Of a stretch of 64,000 nucleotides of DNA, positions 35,801 to 44,670 are shown in pieces. The first letter of the stretch is position 1. Each line of letters opens with the position of its first letter. Below the pieces are notes generated by a model. The model ran no database searches. It was not told the DNA's origin and saw only the letters and a program-made list of their open reading frames with translations. Both the position numbers and the translations under genes were made by a program. The stretch comes from Chryseobacterium gleum (lineage in GTDB: Bacteria; Bacteroidota; Bacteroidia; Flavobacteriales_F; PHOS-HE28): positions 56,085 through 120,084 of the forward strand of contig CAMCAZ010000001.1 in NCBI GenBank assembly GCA_945872795.1, written 5' to 3'.

Positions 35801-35976
35801 GGATCGGCCTGCAGGTGGTGAAGGATGTGCTGGAGATCTGGTTCCCCCTCATCGTATCGCAACGCATCGCCGAGGAGGAGGAGTTCCTGGACCGCAGCAT
35901 CGGTGATCGCATCCGCTTCGTGATCGCGCTGGAACAGATGGACCCCACAAAATTGCTGCGCAAGCTGAAGCCCTGA
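32896..35976 (+). CDS. M1-family zinc metallopeptidase (aminopeptidase N-like) with long C-terminal extension
   Basis: ATG (MRSRRSLALS..., signal peptide) confirmed at 32896; the track ORF from 32659 overlaps the TlpA gene and terminator. HEVGHNWFYG...E zinc-binding motif (HExxHx18E). Confidence 0.8.
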   Translation: MRSRRSLALSIALSPVMLFAQAYFQQRVDHVISVRLDDVAHVLHGEQAFTYTNQSPQTLDTLWIHLWPNAYSQKNTALDRQLMSMGELDLHFASDAERGSIDSLQFTAEGIALTWGYHDEHPDIGWIKLPMPLAPASSITIDTPFRVKIPDGKFSRLGHTGQAYYITQWFPKPAVYDAQGWHAMPYLTAGEFYSEFGSYDVSVTLPANYIVGATGILQNEEERQLMDRMAGGEWTYPTPLKDIATGKPLLDMFPASASRMKTLRYVQDNVHDFAWFADKRFVVRKGSVTLPRSGRTVTTWALHTPKNARLWEETGITALNESVRLYSQWVGDYPYEACTAIDGTISAGGGMEYPMITIIGDMGDAQSLDNVIAHEVGHNWFYGILGSNERDHAWMDEGMNSFVELRYMRERYPDAKPEIGIPGLGKALSQVTDAHRFLGEATYRLNARRNLDQALSSTSKDFTMINYGGMVYNKTAMIFDHLFAYLGDEDFDRCMHAYFEEWKFKHPQPDDVRQVFERESGKELGWMFEGLIGTTHKLEVKAVKLKDNTFTYRTNSNGHYPFPVTGWNGSEILGTTWIMGGTIIRGHSSDHSSGYARSVIDRSKQTAELPWSVADRLRVDADNRTLDIDRRNNEVRNHGLFRRAAKPELKYLLGIEKNDRRSVYWTPLAAWNGHDGFQVGMAAYNTVFPSQRTEWVFAPLYALGSERWGGAARIEHHFDRLQSRLFQNIHLGLSARSASTLHDHYENSWYTKLQPSIRFDLKREPLTRAWEHSVNLRGVYLNFGSVEEQPGAERVTASSEATYGELSYRAQNREAMFPALVAPVITIHEDFVRASLELRQGFTYNAKKDQLRLRAFAGTFLSKNAAGLSDGLQSWGLTWGAEDLLFDHAYLERGATGGFTGRQFNKQQGGFKTPFLQGGSDTWIASLNAELDLPTGLPLSLFASAGFAPLTTITQEGRSTSTASYMEAGIGLQVVKDVLEIWFPLIVSQRIAEEEEFLDRSIGDRIRFVIALEQMDPTKLLRKLKP

Positions 35977-35994
35977 AGCGCGATCTTCGCAACC

Positions 35995-36795
35995 ATGCGG
36001 CCCGGACAGCAGATCCATTTCCTGAGCGACTTCCACCTGGGGGTTCCTGATGCGGCCAGTAGCCTGGCCCGGGAGAAACGCATCTGCGCCTTCCTGGACG
36101 AAGCCGCCAAGGACGCTGCGGAGATCATGTTGCTGGGCGACCTGTTCGACTTCTGGTTCGAATACAAGCGTGCCGTGCCAAGGGGCCACGTGCGGCTGTT
36201 GGGCAAGCTTGCTGAACTCACCGACCGGGGCATACCGGTGCACCTGTTCATCGGCAACCACGACATGTGGATCTTCGACTATGTGCCGCAGGAGACCGGG
36301 GTCATCGTGCACCGCGAGCCCATCGTGCGGGAGATCGCCGGGAAGCGCTTCCTGATCGGGCATGGCGATGGCCTGGGGCCGGGTGACCATGGCTACAAAT
36401 TCATCAAGAAGGTGTTCCGGAACCCGGTCTGCCAGTGGCTCTTTGCGCGGCTCCATCCCAACTTCGGGCTTTGGCTGGGCGATGTGCTCAGCGGCAGGAG
36501 CAGAAAGAAGAACTACGAGAACGACCGCAAGTGGTCAGGGGCCGACAAGGAATGGCTCGTGCAGTATTGCCAGGACGAGCTACAGAAACAGCACTACGAC
36601 CACATGATCTTCGGGCACCGGCACCTGCCGATCGACCTGGAAGTGAAGCCCGGCAGCCGCTACGTCAACCTCGGCGACTGGATCAGTTACTACACCTACG
36701 CCACCTTCGATGGCCAGGAGCTGAAGCTGATGAAACGCATGAGCGACGGTCCCTTGAGCGGGGACCAACGGATCACCGGGGGGCCGGCGGTGTGA
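35995..36795 (+). CDS. lpxH: UDP-2,3-diacylglucosamine hydrolase-like calcineurin-type metallophosphoesterase
   Basis: 266 aa; FLSDFHLG...LLGDLFDFW...GNHDMW metallophosphoesterase motifs; the size and N-terminus fit LpxH. Confidence 0.65.
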   Translation: MRPGQQIHFLSDFHLGVPDAASSLAREKRICAFLDEAAKDAAEIMLLGDLFDFWFEYKRAVPRGHVRLLGKLAELTDRGIPVHLFIGNHDMWIFDYVPQETGVIVHREPIVREIAGKRFLIGHGDGLGPGDHGYKFIKKVFRNPVCQWLFARLHPNFGLWLGDVLSGRSRKKNYENDRKWSGADKEWLVQYCQDELQKQHYDHMIFGHRHLPIDLEVKPGSRYVNLGDWISYYTYATFDGQELKLMKRMSDGPLSGDQRITGGPAV

Positions 36796-36796
36796 C

Positions 36797-38014
36797 ATGG
36801 CACAGCTCAGCACGCAGCCCCTGAACCGCGCCGTACTGGCCGCCGGACTGGGGTTCTTCGTGGACGCTTTCGACCTGTTCCTCTTCAGCATTTACCGGAT
36901 ACCCAGTCTGCGCGAGCTCGGACTGGAAGGCGAGGTGCTCCGCATGGAAGGCGAACGGCTCCTGGCCCTGCAGATGCTCGGCATGATGGTGGGCGGGATC
37001 CTCACCGGCATCATCGGTGATCGCAAGGGCCGGGTCACGGTGCTCTTCGGCTCCATCGTCCTTTATTCCCTGGCGAACCTCGCCAACGCCGTGGTGCACG
37101 ATGTGGAGGCCTATGCCGTGATCCGATTCCTTGCCGGCGTTGGCTTGGCCGGCGAGCTCGGGGCCGGTATCACCCTCGTGAGCGAAAGCATGACCGCCGA
37201 GCGCCGCGGCTATGGCACCATCCTGGTGGCCACCATGGGTGCAGCTGGTGCCGTTTGCGCAGGGCTGGCGGGCGACCTGCTGCCCTGGCGCTGGGCCTTT
37301 GCCATCGCGGGTGTGGCCGGGCTACTGTTGCTGCTCTTCCGCATGAGCAGCATGGAAACGGGCATGTTCAAGCGGATCCACAGCGACACCAGACCGCGAG
37401 GGTCCTTCCTCCACCTGTTATCCGACCGTAGACGCGCCTTGCGTTATCTGGCCTGCATCGCCATGGGCGTACCCATCTGGTACAGCGTGGGCCTGGTGAT
37501 CACCTTGTCGCCCGAGATCGCAACGGAGCATGGCGTGGACGGGTGGACATTGACCACAGCCTTCATCCTGTTCCAGTTGGGCATCACGGCCGGTGATCTT
37601 GGGACCGGCATCCTGAGCCAGGTGTTGCGCACGCGCAAACATGTCATCCTGGGCGGAATGCTCCTGGGCATGATCGCTACGGCCTGGTTCTTTCAGGGAA
37701 TGACAGCCGGGACACCGCTCTACACCGCCTGCTTCCTGATGGGTCTGGGCTGCGGCTACTTATCCGTGTTCGCAACCACCGTGGCGGAGCATTTCGGCAC
37801 CAACCTGCGCGTGCTGGCAACGGCCACGGTCACCAACTTCATGCGGGGTTCGGTAACGCTGCTCATTCCCTTCCACCTGTGGCTGGAGAACCGCTTTGCC
37901 ATGGGCACGGCCCACTCCCTGTTGTGGACCGGCGCACTGGTCTGGACGCTCGGGTTGGCAGCCGCCTATTGGCTACCGGAAACGTACGGGCGGGACCTCG
38001 ATCATGTGGAGTGA
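36797..38014 (+). CDS. MFS transporter
   Basis: 405 aa, 12 predicted TM helices, motif GDRKGR between TM2 and TM3. Confidence 0.8.
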   Translation: MAQLSTQPLNRAVLAAGLGFFVDAFDLFLFSIYRIPSLRELGLEGEVLRMEGERLLALQMLGMMVGGILTGIIGDRKGRVTVLFGSIVLYSLANLANAVVHDVEAYAVIRFLAGVGLAGELGAGITLVSESMTAERRGYGTILVATMGAAGAVCAGLAGDLLPWRWAFAIAGVAGLLLLLFRMSSMETGMFKRIHSDTRPRGSFLHLLSDRRRALRYLACIAMGVPIWYSVGLVITLSPEIATEHGVDGWTLTTAFILFQLGITAGDLGTGILSQVLRTRKHVILGGMLLGMIATAWFFQGMTAGTPLYTACFLMGLGCGYLSVFATTVAEHFGTNLRVLATATVTNFMRGSVTLLIPFHLWLENRFAMGTAHSLLWTGALVWTLGLAAAYWLPETYGRDLDHVE

Positions 38015-38046
38015 GCTCGGGAACTCCCTAGGGGAGAACCGCCAAC

Positions 38047-39036
38047 CTACACCCCCAACTTCACCACCAGGTCCACCAAGCGCGAACTGTAGCCGTATTC
38101 ATTGTCGTACCAGCCCATGATCTTCACCATGTTGCCCACCACGCTGGTGAGCTGGGCGTCGAAGATGCAGCTGTGCGGATCGCCAACGATGTCGACGCTT
38201 ACGATGGGGTCTTCGGTGTAGCGCAGGATGCCCTTCAACTTTCCTTCGGCGAGTTGCTTGAAGTACGCGTTGATCTCTTCGGCGGACTTGAGATCCCTGA
38301 CGCGGACGGTGATGTCAGTGATCGACCCATCAGGCACGGGCACACGGATCCCGCCGCCGCCGAGACGACCATCGAGTTCGGGGAAGATGCGGGTGATGGC
38401 TTTCGCCGCGCCAGTGGTGGTGGGCACCATGCTCACGGCCGCAGCACGGGCCCGGCGCAGGTCCTTGTGCGGGGCGTCGTGCAGGCGCTGATCACCGGTG
38501 TAGCTGTGCACGGTGGTGATGAACCCGTCCTCAATACCGCAGAGGTCGCGGATGCCCATGATCATCGGGGCGGCGCAGTTGGTGGTACAGCTGGCGTTGG
38601 AGATGATCACATCCGCAGGGTCCAGCAGGTGGTCGTTCACACCGAGCACCACGGTCCTGATGCCTGCGTCCTTTGCAGGCGCGGAGAGCACCACCTTCCT
38701 GGCCCCGGCGGTGATGTGGGCCATCGCCGTCTCACGTGTGAGGAAATGGCCCGTGCATTCGATCACCACATCGATGCCGAGCTTCGTCCAAGGCAGCGCC
38801 ACCGGGTCCTTTTCCGAGAATGCCTGAACCTTCTTCCCACCGACTATCAGGTGTTGATCATCGTAACCGACCTCGCCTTGGAACACGCCGTGCACGGAGT
38901 CGTACTTGAACAGGTGCGCCAAGGTCTTGTTATCCGTAAGATCGTTCACGGCCACAAGCTCGATGTCCGGATGATCCTGCAGAATGCGGGCGGTGACGCG
39001 ACCGATGCGACCGAATCCGTTGATGGCTATGCGCAT
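38047..39036 (-). CDS. gap: glyceraldehyde-3-phosphate dehydrogenase, type I
   Basis: MRIAINGFGRIGRVTARIL...ASCTTNCAAP (active-site Cys). Confidence 0.9.
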   Translation of the reverse strand: MRIAINGFGRIGRVTARILQDHPDIELVAVNDLTDNKTLAHLFKYDSVHGVFQGEVGYDDQHLIVGGKKVQAFSEKDPVALPWTKLGIDVVIECTGHFLTRETAMAHITAGARKVVLSAPAKDAGIRTVVLGVNDHLLDPADVIISNASCTTNCAAPMIMGIRDLCGIEDGFITTVHSYTGDQRLHDAPHKDLRRARAAAVSMVPTTTGAAKAITRIFPELDGRLGGGGIRVPVPDGSITDITVRVRDLKSAEEINAYFKQLAEGKLKGILRYTEDPIVSVDIVGDPHSCIFDAQLTSVVGNMVKIMGWYDNEYGYSSRLVDLVVKLGV

Positions 39037-39141
39037 GGGGAGTACCGTGGACTAATTGTAGGTTGGTGAAGTTGGAGGTTGATGTGCATCGGTAACGGGT
39101 CAACCCGACAAGCGATCCAACCTTCAACCCACGACCATCGT

Positions 39142-40017
39142 TCAAAACATGTGCTTCTCCGCGTGATAACTGCTCCGTACCAGCGGACCACTTTCCACAT
39201 AACGGAAGCCTTTCTCCAGGCCGATGGCCTTGTAGCGGGCGAACACATCGGGATGAACGAATTCAGCCACCGCCAGGTGCTCCTTGGTGGGCTGCAGGTA
39301 TTGGCCCAGGGTCAGGATGTCCACGCCCACGCTCAGCAGGTCGTCCATGGTCTCCATGACCTCCTGTTCCGTCTCCCCAAGTCCCAACATGACGCCGCTC
39401 TTGGTCCGTAGTCCGGCCCTTTTGGATCGCATGAGGACCTCCAGGCTTCGGTCATACTTGGCCTGGATGCGCACTTGTTTGGTGAGGCGGCGCACGGTCT
39501 CCAGGTTATGGCTCAGGATCTCGGGAGCGGCCTCCAGCACCAGGGCCAGGTTCTCCCACTTCCCTTGGAAATCAGGGATGAGCGTCTCCATGGTGGTACC
39601 TGGACTGCGACGGCGGATGGCGCGGATCGTCCTGGCCCAGATGTCGCTGCCACCGTCCTTCAGATCATCGCGGTCAACGCTGGTGATGACGCAGTGCTTC
39701 ACCCCCATCAATTCCACGCTGCGGGCCACGCGCGCCGGTTCGAAGGGGTCCACAGCCTCGGGGCGACCAGTGGCCACGGAACAGAAACCACAGCTACGGG
39801 TGCACACATTGCCCAGGATCATGAACGTGGCGGTACCGGCGCCCCAACATTCACCCATGTTCGGGCAGTTGCCGCTTTGGCAGATGGTGTGCAACTTGTG
39901 TTCGCTGACGATCTCCCGCACCTTCCGATAGCTCTCTCCGGTGGGCAGTTTCACGCGCAACCAATCAGGCCTCCGCTGCCTGGGCTCGTTCTCCACGGTA
40001 ATGACGGTCTCGCTCAT
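39142..40017 (-). CDS. lipA: lipoyl synthase
   Basis: [13 protein letters not shown] (auxiliary cluster) and [10 protein letters not shown] (radical-SAM CxxxCxxC). Confidence 0.9.
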   Translation of the reverse strand: MSETVITVENEPRQRRPDWLRVKLPTGESYRKVREIVSEHKLHTICQSGNCPNMGECWGAGTATFMILGNVCTRSCGFCSVATGRPEAVDPFEPARVARSVELMGVKHCVITSVDRDDLKDGGSDIWARTIRAIRRRSPGTTMETLIPDFQGKWENLALVLEAAPEILSHNLETVRRLTKQVRIQAKYDRSLEVLMRSKRAGLRTKSGVMLGLGETEQEVMETMDDLLSVGVDILTLGQYLQPTKEHLAVAEFVHPDVFARYKAIGLEKGFRYVESGPLVRSSYHAEKHMF

Positions 40018-40766
40018 TGAACGGTTTTCTTGCCGAATTGAATGGACAGGTAGAACTGAAAGAAGAACTGTTTGTTCTCCACACCTTCCACTTCCGCCAT
40101 GATGGGCACCACGACGGGAAAAGCATCCATGGTGACACCGACCTCCAGCCCCTTGACCCCATAGGTATGGCTGGAGTGCTCGAAATTGAACCCGAAACGG
40201 CCAAAGGCCCCCGGATAGAGCTTCATGTCCCCGAAACCCGTGAACCAGGAGGCACGCCCATAAATGTTCTGCACATCATGAACGACCGGGTCATAGCGTT
40301 CGACCACAATGGTCTGATAGGGTATCTGGTCCGGCTTGCCGATCTGGAGATAGACAGGCTTTGCGAAACCCAAGGAAGGGCCGACACCCCATACCACGTT
40401 CACCTCCACTCCGCGGCGCCGGATCTTGTCCGTGATCTGGTGCTTGCCTCCGAAGGTGGGCCGCAGGATGAGCAGGGAATTCGCCTTGCCGTAGAAATAC
40501 CCGCGAGAGTCCTCGTAATAGGGGTTGAAGCTCTTGATCTCCTTGGGATGCTTCATGCCCACCAGTTCCAGCCCCAGCACCCGACGGTAACGCGCGGTCC
40601 GGTAGGTACCGTGGAAGAAGTTCAGGCCCCAGCCATCGCCGTGGATCAGCACACCGCCGGTGTACTCCTTTCTGAAGGGTACGCGGGTCTCCTCATAGAT
40701 GGTCTGCTGGGCCATGGAGCAGAACCAGGACAGCAACAGAAGGGTGAGGAGGATCGAGCGGCGCAT
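40014..40766 (-). CDS. hypothetical secreted / outer-membrane protein, translationally coupled to lipA
   Basis: ATG ([12 protein letters not shown]..., signal peptide) at 40766; the track start at 40790 is TTG. Its stop overlaps the lipA start (ATGA). Aromatic-rich C-terminus ...[14 protein letters not shown] suggests a beta-barrel. Confidence 0.5.
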   Translation of the reverse strand: MRRSILLTLLLLSWFCSMAQQTIYEETRVPFRKEYTGGVLIHGDGWGLNFFHGTYRTARYRRVLGLELVGMKHPKEIKSFNPYYEDSRGYFYGKANSLLILRPTFGGKHQITDKIRRRGVEVNVVWGVGPSLGFAKPVYLQIGKPDQIPYQTIVVERYDPVVHDVQNIYGRASWFTGFGDMKLYPGAFGRFGFNFEHSSHTYGVKGLEVGVTMDAFPVVVPIMAEVEGVENKQFFFQFYLSIQFGKKTVQ

Positions 40767-40842
40767 GGGCGCTGAAAAGGACCAGAACAAAGCTACAACA
40801 TGCCAACGTTACCTTGCGGTCCTTGGTACTTTAGCGAACGAA

Positions 40843-41253
40843 ATGATGGACACATCCACGGTACTCTACCTCGGCGAACTTCGGACGGAATTGCAGCACA
40901 TCCGCAGCGGTCAGCGGATGTCCACCGATGCCCCGGTGGACAACCAGGGCCAAGGCGGGGCGTTCTCCCCCACCGACCTGATGGCCACCTCCCTGGCGGC
41001 CTGCATGATCACCACCATGGGCATCGTGGCGCGTGACAAGGATATTCCCTTGGAAGGGCTCAAGGCCCGCGTGGTGAAGCACATGGCCTCTGCACCGAGA
41101 CGGATCGCACGGATCGAGATCCACTTGGAGTTGGCCGGTGGCCGGCTCGATGAACGGCAGCGGAGCATCATGGAACAGACGGCACGCACCTGTCCGGTTG
41201 CCCAAAGTCTGTCGCCGGAGGTGGTACAGGACCTTCACCTCACCTTCGTCTGA
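40843..41253 (+). CDS. OsmC/Ohr-family peroxiredoxin-like protein
   Basis: 136 aa from the ATG at 40843; ...GGAFSPTDLMATSLAACMITTMG...ARTCPVAQSL has the two conserved Cys of OsmC. Confidence 0.8.
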   Translation: MMDTSTVLYLGELRTELQHIRSGQRMSTDAPVDNQGQGGAFSPTDLMATSLAACMITTMGIVARDKDIPLEGLKARVVKHMASAPRRIARIEIHLELAGGRLDERQRSIMEQTARTCPVAQSLSPEVVQDLHLTFV

Positions 41254-41322
41254 CCTGAAGGGGATCAATAGGAAAGCCCGGACCTCACGGCCCGGGCGCA
41301 ATACGCTCAGCTCATGAAGCGA

Positions 41323-41451
41323 TCAAGCCCTCTTGTCAGGCTGGACCTTGGTGACCTTGCCGTAGGCAGGGCAGGAATGCGAGTTGGAGCACGAGGTCAT
41401 CGTCACGCTCACGAGCACCACTGCGGCCAAAATCAGGAGTACCTTTTTCAT
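41323..41451 (-). CDS. small lipoprotein (42 aa)
   Basis: The ATG at 41451 gives MKKVLLILAAVVLVSVTMTSCSNSHSCPAYGKVTKVQPDKRA, a signal peptide plus lipobox. The track ORF carries a 32-aa non-signal N-terminal extension. Confidence 0.35.
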   Translation of the reverse strand: MKKVLLILAAVVLVSVTMTSCSNSHSCPAYGKVTKVQPDKRA

Positions 41452-41584
41452 CGTATTATCGTTTGTGTCTCGTTGGGATGACCCTGCTACGTGAAGCACA
41501 TCCCCAAAGTTACCCATCAGAACGAAGCCTCGCTGAAAATGTTTCAACAGCGCTTGTGTCGATCAACTTGGAAGCCGCCCTGTC

Positions 41585-42280
41585 ATGAACCCTGTCGATG
41601 GAAATAGCCGTCTACCCCAAATCGGCGAGGACTGGTATCCGGAACTGCGGGATGCCTTTGACGCACCGTGGTTCCAAGAACTGCGCGCCTTTCTGGTCGA
41701 CGAGCGCAGCATCCATGCTGTCTATCCCCAAGGGCAGGATATTTTCAAGGCCTTCGATCGCTGTCCGTTCGCTTCCGTCCGGGTAGTGATACTCGGGCAG
41801 GACCCTTACCATGGTCCCGGACAGGCTCATGGGCTTTCGTTCTCCGTACCCAAGGGCGTACCCCATCCGCCTTCGTTGCGGAACATCTTCAAGGAGATCG
41901 AGCGGGACTTGGGACATCCCATCCCCATGTCGGGCGACCTCAGCTCGTGGGCCGACCAAGGTGTTCTGCTCCTGAACGCAAGCCTCACGGTCCGTGCTGA
42001 ACGGGCCGGATCGCACCAAGGGCGTGGCTGGGAACGGTTCACGGACCGCGTGATCCAGCGGCTATCCGAACGGCGCAGCGGCCTGGTGTTCCTGCTCTGG
42101 GGTCGCTTTGCCCAGGACAAGGAGAACTTGATCGACGGGCAGCGCCACACGGTGCTCAAAGCGCCGCATCCCTCCCCCCTGAGCGCCCACCGCGGGTTCC
42201 TTGGTTGTGGGCATTTCTCCAAGGTCAACGAGATCCTTGTGGCGCAAGGAACACCGCCCATCGACTGGTCGCTTGCATGA
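41585..42280 (+). CDS. ung: uracil-DNA glycosylase, family 1
   Basis: ...VVILGQDPYHGPGQAHGLSFSV... (water-activating loop) and ...HPSPLSA (His-loop). Confidence 0.9.
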   Translation: MNPVDGNSRLPQIGEDWYPELRDAFDAPWFQELRAFLVDERSIHAVYPQGQDIFKAFDRCPFASVRVVILGQDPYHGPGQAHGLSFSVPKGVPHPPSLRNIFKEIERDLGHPIPMSGDLSSWADQGVLLLNASLTVRAERAGSHQGRGWERFTDRVIQRLSERRSGLVFLLWGRFAQDKENLIDGQRHTVLKAPHPSPLSAHRGFLGCGHFSKVNEILVAQGTPPIDWSLA

Positions 42281-43995
42281 AGCCCGGATCACCATATCAG
42301 GCTTTGTTGCTTCTGACCATGGCCCTGCTCGCCCTGCCGGGGCAAAGCCAGGACCACCGTGTGATCTTCATCCCCGATGCGGACATCCCGGCCAAATGGC
42401 TGCGGCCAGTTGATGTGGCCACCGCTGAGCAGACCCCGGCCGTGGTCAGCGCCCAATTGGCCCGATTGTTCGAGCTGGGTTACCTGGAAGCGCATGTGGA
42501 CAGCTGCCGCACCACGGCAACGACCAGTGAGTGCCCCGTGCATATCGGTCGGCAATACCGCTGGGCGACCCTGAAAGGCTCGGGGATCCCCTTGGAGATC
42601 GCCAGCGGATCGCGCTTCCGCGAAAAATTGTACAGCGGGAGACCCATCGCGCCCAAGGAGGTGGGCCGGCTGTTCGAAGACCTCCTGAAGTACAGCGAGG
42701 ACCATGGCCATCCCTTCGCCCAGGTCCGGCTCGACAGCATCCAGGAGGTCTCCGATGGATTGAGCGCGACCATCCGTCTGGAGATCGGCCGGCCCGTCGT
42801 GGTGGACAGTGTCATCCTTCGGGGCACGGCCCGGACGAACCTGCGCTACCTGCAGACCCACATCGGGGTCCGACCTGGCGACCCGTACAATGAAACCCTC
42901 ATCCGGGCCACCGAGCGCCGGCTGCGTGAACTGCCTTTCGTGACGCAGCGCCAACGGCCCTATATCCAGTTCACTCCGGAGCGCACCAAGTTGTACCTGT
43001 TCCTGGATGCCAAGAAGGCGAGCTCCATCAATGGCATCATCGGCGTGCAGCCCAATTCGACGACCGGGAAAGTGGGCGTGACGGGCGACCTCGACCTGCG
43101 GCTGCGCAATGCCTTGCGCAGAGGAGAGGCCATCGAACTGAACTGGCGATCGCTCCAGGATGCCACACAGGACCTGCGGGTGCGCTTCGACCTTCCGTTC
43201 GCCTTCAACACGCCCTTCGGCACGGACCTCAGCCTCAAGCTGTTCAAGCGGGACAGCACCTTCCTTGAGTTGAACGCACGGGCAGCGCTCACCTACCTCC
43301 TGCCCCAAGGAGATAAGCTCAGCCTGTTCGTGAACAGCCGCAGCAGCGACCGGCTGGGCAACAACCTGGTGGCCACCCCGGGCCTGGCCGATGTGCGCCT
43401 GACGACCTACGGGCTTGGCGCCGAACGTGAGCGCTTTGATTACCGCTTCAACCCCCGGCGTGGACACTCCTTGCAGGCCGAGGGGTCGGTGGGGCGAAAA
43501 CGGACCACCACCGCGGTGCTCGGCGAGACGGAACCCACGCCGGATATCGCCTCCGTGCAATACGAGCTGAACGGACGGGCCATCCTGCACATTCCACTGA
43601 AACGCCGCAGCACGTTCCGGCTCGTGGCACAGGGCGGGGCCATGTTGAACGATGACCTTTACGGCAACGAACTGTACCGGATGGGTGGCCTGAAAAGCCT
43701 GCGGGGCGTGGACGAGGCCTCCATCCTGTGCAGCGCATTCGGGATCGCCACGGCAGAATACCGCTTCGTGTACGAGGAGAACGCCAACTTCTTCGTGTTC
43801 TTCGACCAGGCCTGGTGGGAGGATACATCCAAGGATATCACGGTGACGGATACGCCCTTGGGATTCGGACTGGGCACCACCTTTGAGACCAAGGCCGGGC
43901 TCTTCAGTCTGACCTATGCATTGGGCAAACAGTTCGCGAACCCCGTGGAGCTTCGGAACGGCAAAGTGCACTTCGGATTCACCAGTCTCTTTTAG
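42277..43995 (+). CDS. Omp85/BamA-TamA-family outer-membrane protein (POTRA + surface-antigen barrel)
   Basis: The ATG at 42277 (MKPGSPYQALLLLTMALLALPG..., signal peptide) overlaps the ung stop (ATGA). C-terminal ...GNELYRMGGLKSLRGVDE...FGLGTTFETKAGLFSLTYALGK...HFGFTSLF ends in an aromatic residue. Confidence 0.7.
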   Translation: MKPGSPYQALLLLTMALLALPGQSQDHRVIFIPDADIPAKWLRPVDVATAEQTPAVVSAQLARLFELGYLEAHVDSCRTTATTSECPVHIGRQYRWATLKGSGIPLEIASGSRFREKLYSGRPIAPKEVGRLFEDLLKYSEDHGHPFAQVRLDSIQEVSDGLSATIRLEIGRPVVVDSVILRGTARTNLRYLQTHIGVRPGDPYNETLIRATERRLRELPFVTQRQRPYIQFTPERTKLYLFLDAKKASSINGIIGVQPNSTTGKVGVTGDLDLRLRNALRRGEAIELNWRSLQDATQDLRVRFDLPFAFNTPFGTDLSLKLFKRDSTFLELNARAALTYLLPQGDKLSLFVNSRSSDRLGNNLVATPGLADVRLTTYGLGAERERFDYRFNPRRGHSLQAEGSVGRKRTTTAVLGETEPTPDIASVQYELNGRAILHIPLKRRSTFRLVAQGGAMLNDDLYGNELYRMGGLKSLRGVDEASILCSAFGIATAEYRFVYEENANFFVFFDQAWWEDTSKDITVTDTPLGFGLGTTFETKAGLFSLTYALGKQFANPVELRNGKVHFGFTSLF

Positions 43996-44014
43996 CCCGG
44001 ATGATATGTGCATC

Positions 44015-44635
44015 ATGCGCAAGGCCCTGATCATCGCTGGACTGGTGTGCTGCGGTCCGGCGATCATGGCACAACAAGGTCCGGAGCACCCCAGGCAGGG
44101 GCTGGCCGACCTGCTGCTGGAATACCTCGAGGTCCGCTACACCGGAACGGACCTCATGGGTGATATCCTCTATGTGTCCGTGCAGCGTCAATCCCTCTTC
44201 CACCTGCGGCGGAGGCGCCTCTTGAACGTCTATCCTGTCGCAACCTCCGGTAGGGGCCTGGGAGCGGAGACCGACTCGTACCGCACCCCGGAAGGCCTGC
44301 ACCGCATCAGCGACAAGGTCGGCGATGCGGTCCCCCCCTTGGGCATCCTGAAGGAACGGGTGTATACCGGCGAACTGGCCGACGTGGACTTCGCCGGGGT
44401 GGACAAGGACTGGATCACCTCGCGCATCCTTTGGCTTGATGGCCTGGAGCCCGGCTTGAACAAGGGGGGCTCAGTGGACAGTCATGATCGCTTCATCTAT
44501 ATCCACGGGACCGCGAACGAACGCTCCGTGGGAACGCCCACTTCGATGGGTTGCATCCGCATGTGCAATGCCGATGTGATCAAGCTGTATGATGCCGTGC
44601 CGGTCGGTGCGCTGGTGGTGATCCTGGACAACTGA
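44015..44635 (+). CDS. L,D-transpeptidase (YkuD domain)
   Basis: Signal peptide MRKALIIAGLVCCGPAIMAQ; catalytic ...HGTANERSVGTPTSMGCIRM... (H...S.GC[IV]R motif). Confidence 0.75.
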   Translation: MRKALIIAGLVCCGPAIMAQQGPEHPRQGLADLLLEYLEVRYTGTDLMGDILYVSVQRQSLFHLRRRRLLNVYPVATSGRGLGAETDSYRTPEGLHRISDKVGDAVPPLGILKERVYTGELADVDFAGVDKDWITSRILWLDGLEPGLNKGGSVDSHDRFIYIHGTANERSVGTPTSMGCIRMCNADVIKLYDAVPVGALVVILDN

Positions 44636-44670
44636 GCCTTCCGCTGCGGCGTACCTTCGTGACCGGCATC

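Noticed and set aside
38015-38046. Short palindrome ctccc-tag-gggag between the MFS gene and gap
   Set aside because: A 5-bp stem with a 3-nt loop and no U-tract; it could be a weak bidirectional terminator but is not supportable.
41254-41322. Possible terminator hairpin gcccgg...ccgggc after the OsmC gene
   Set aside because: The stem is short with an ill-defined loop and has no following T-run on either strand, which is too weak to call.
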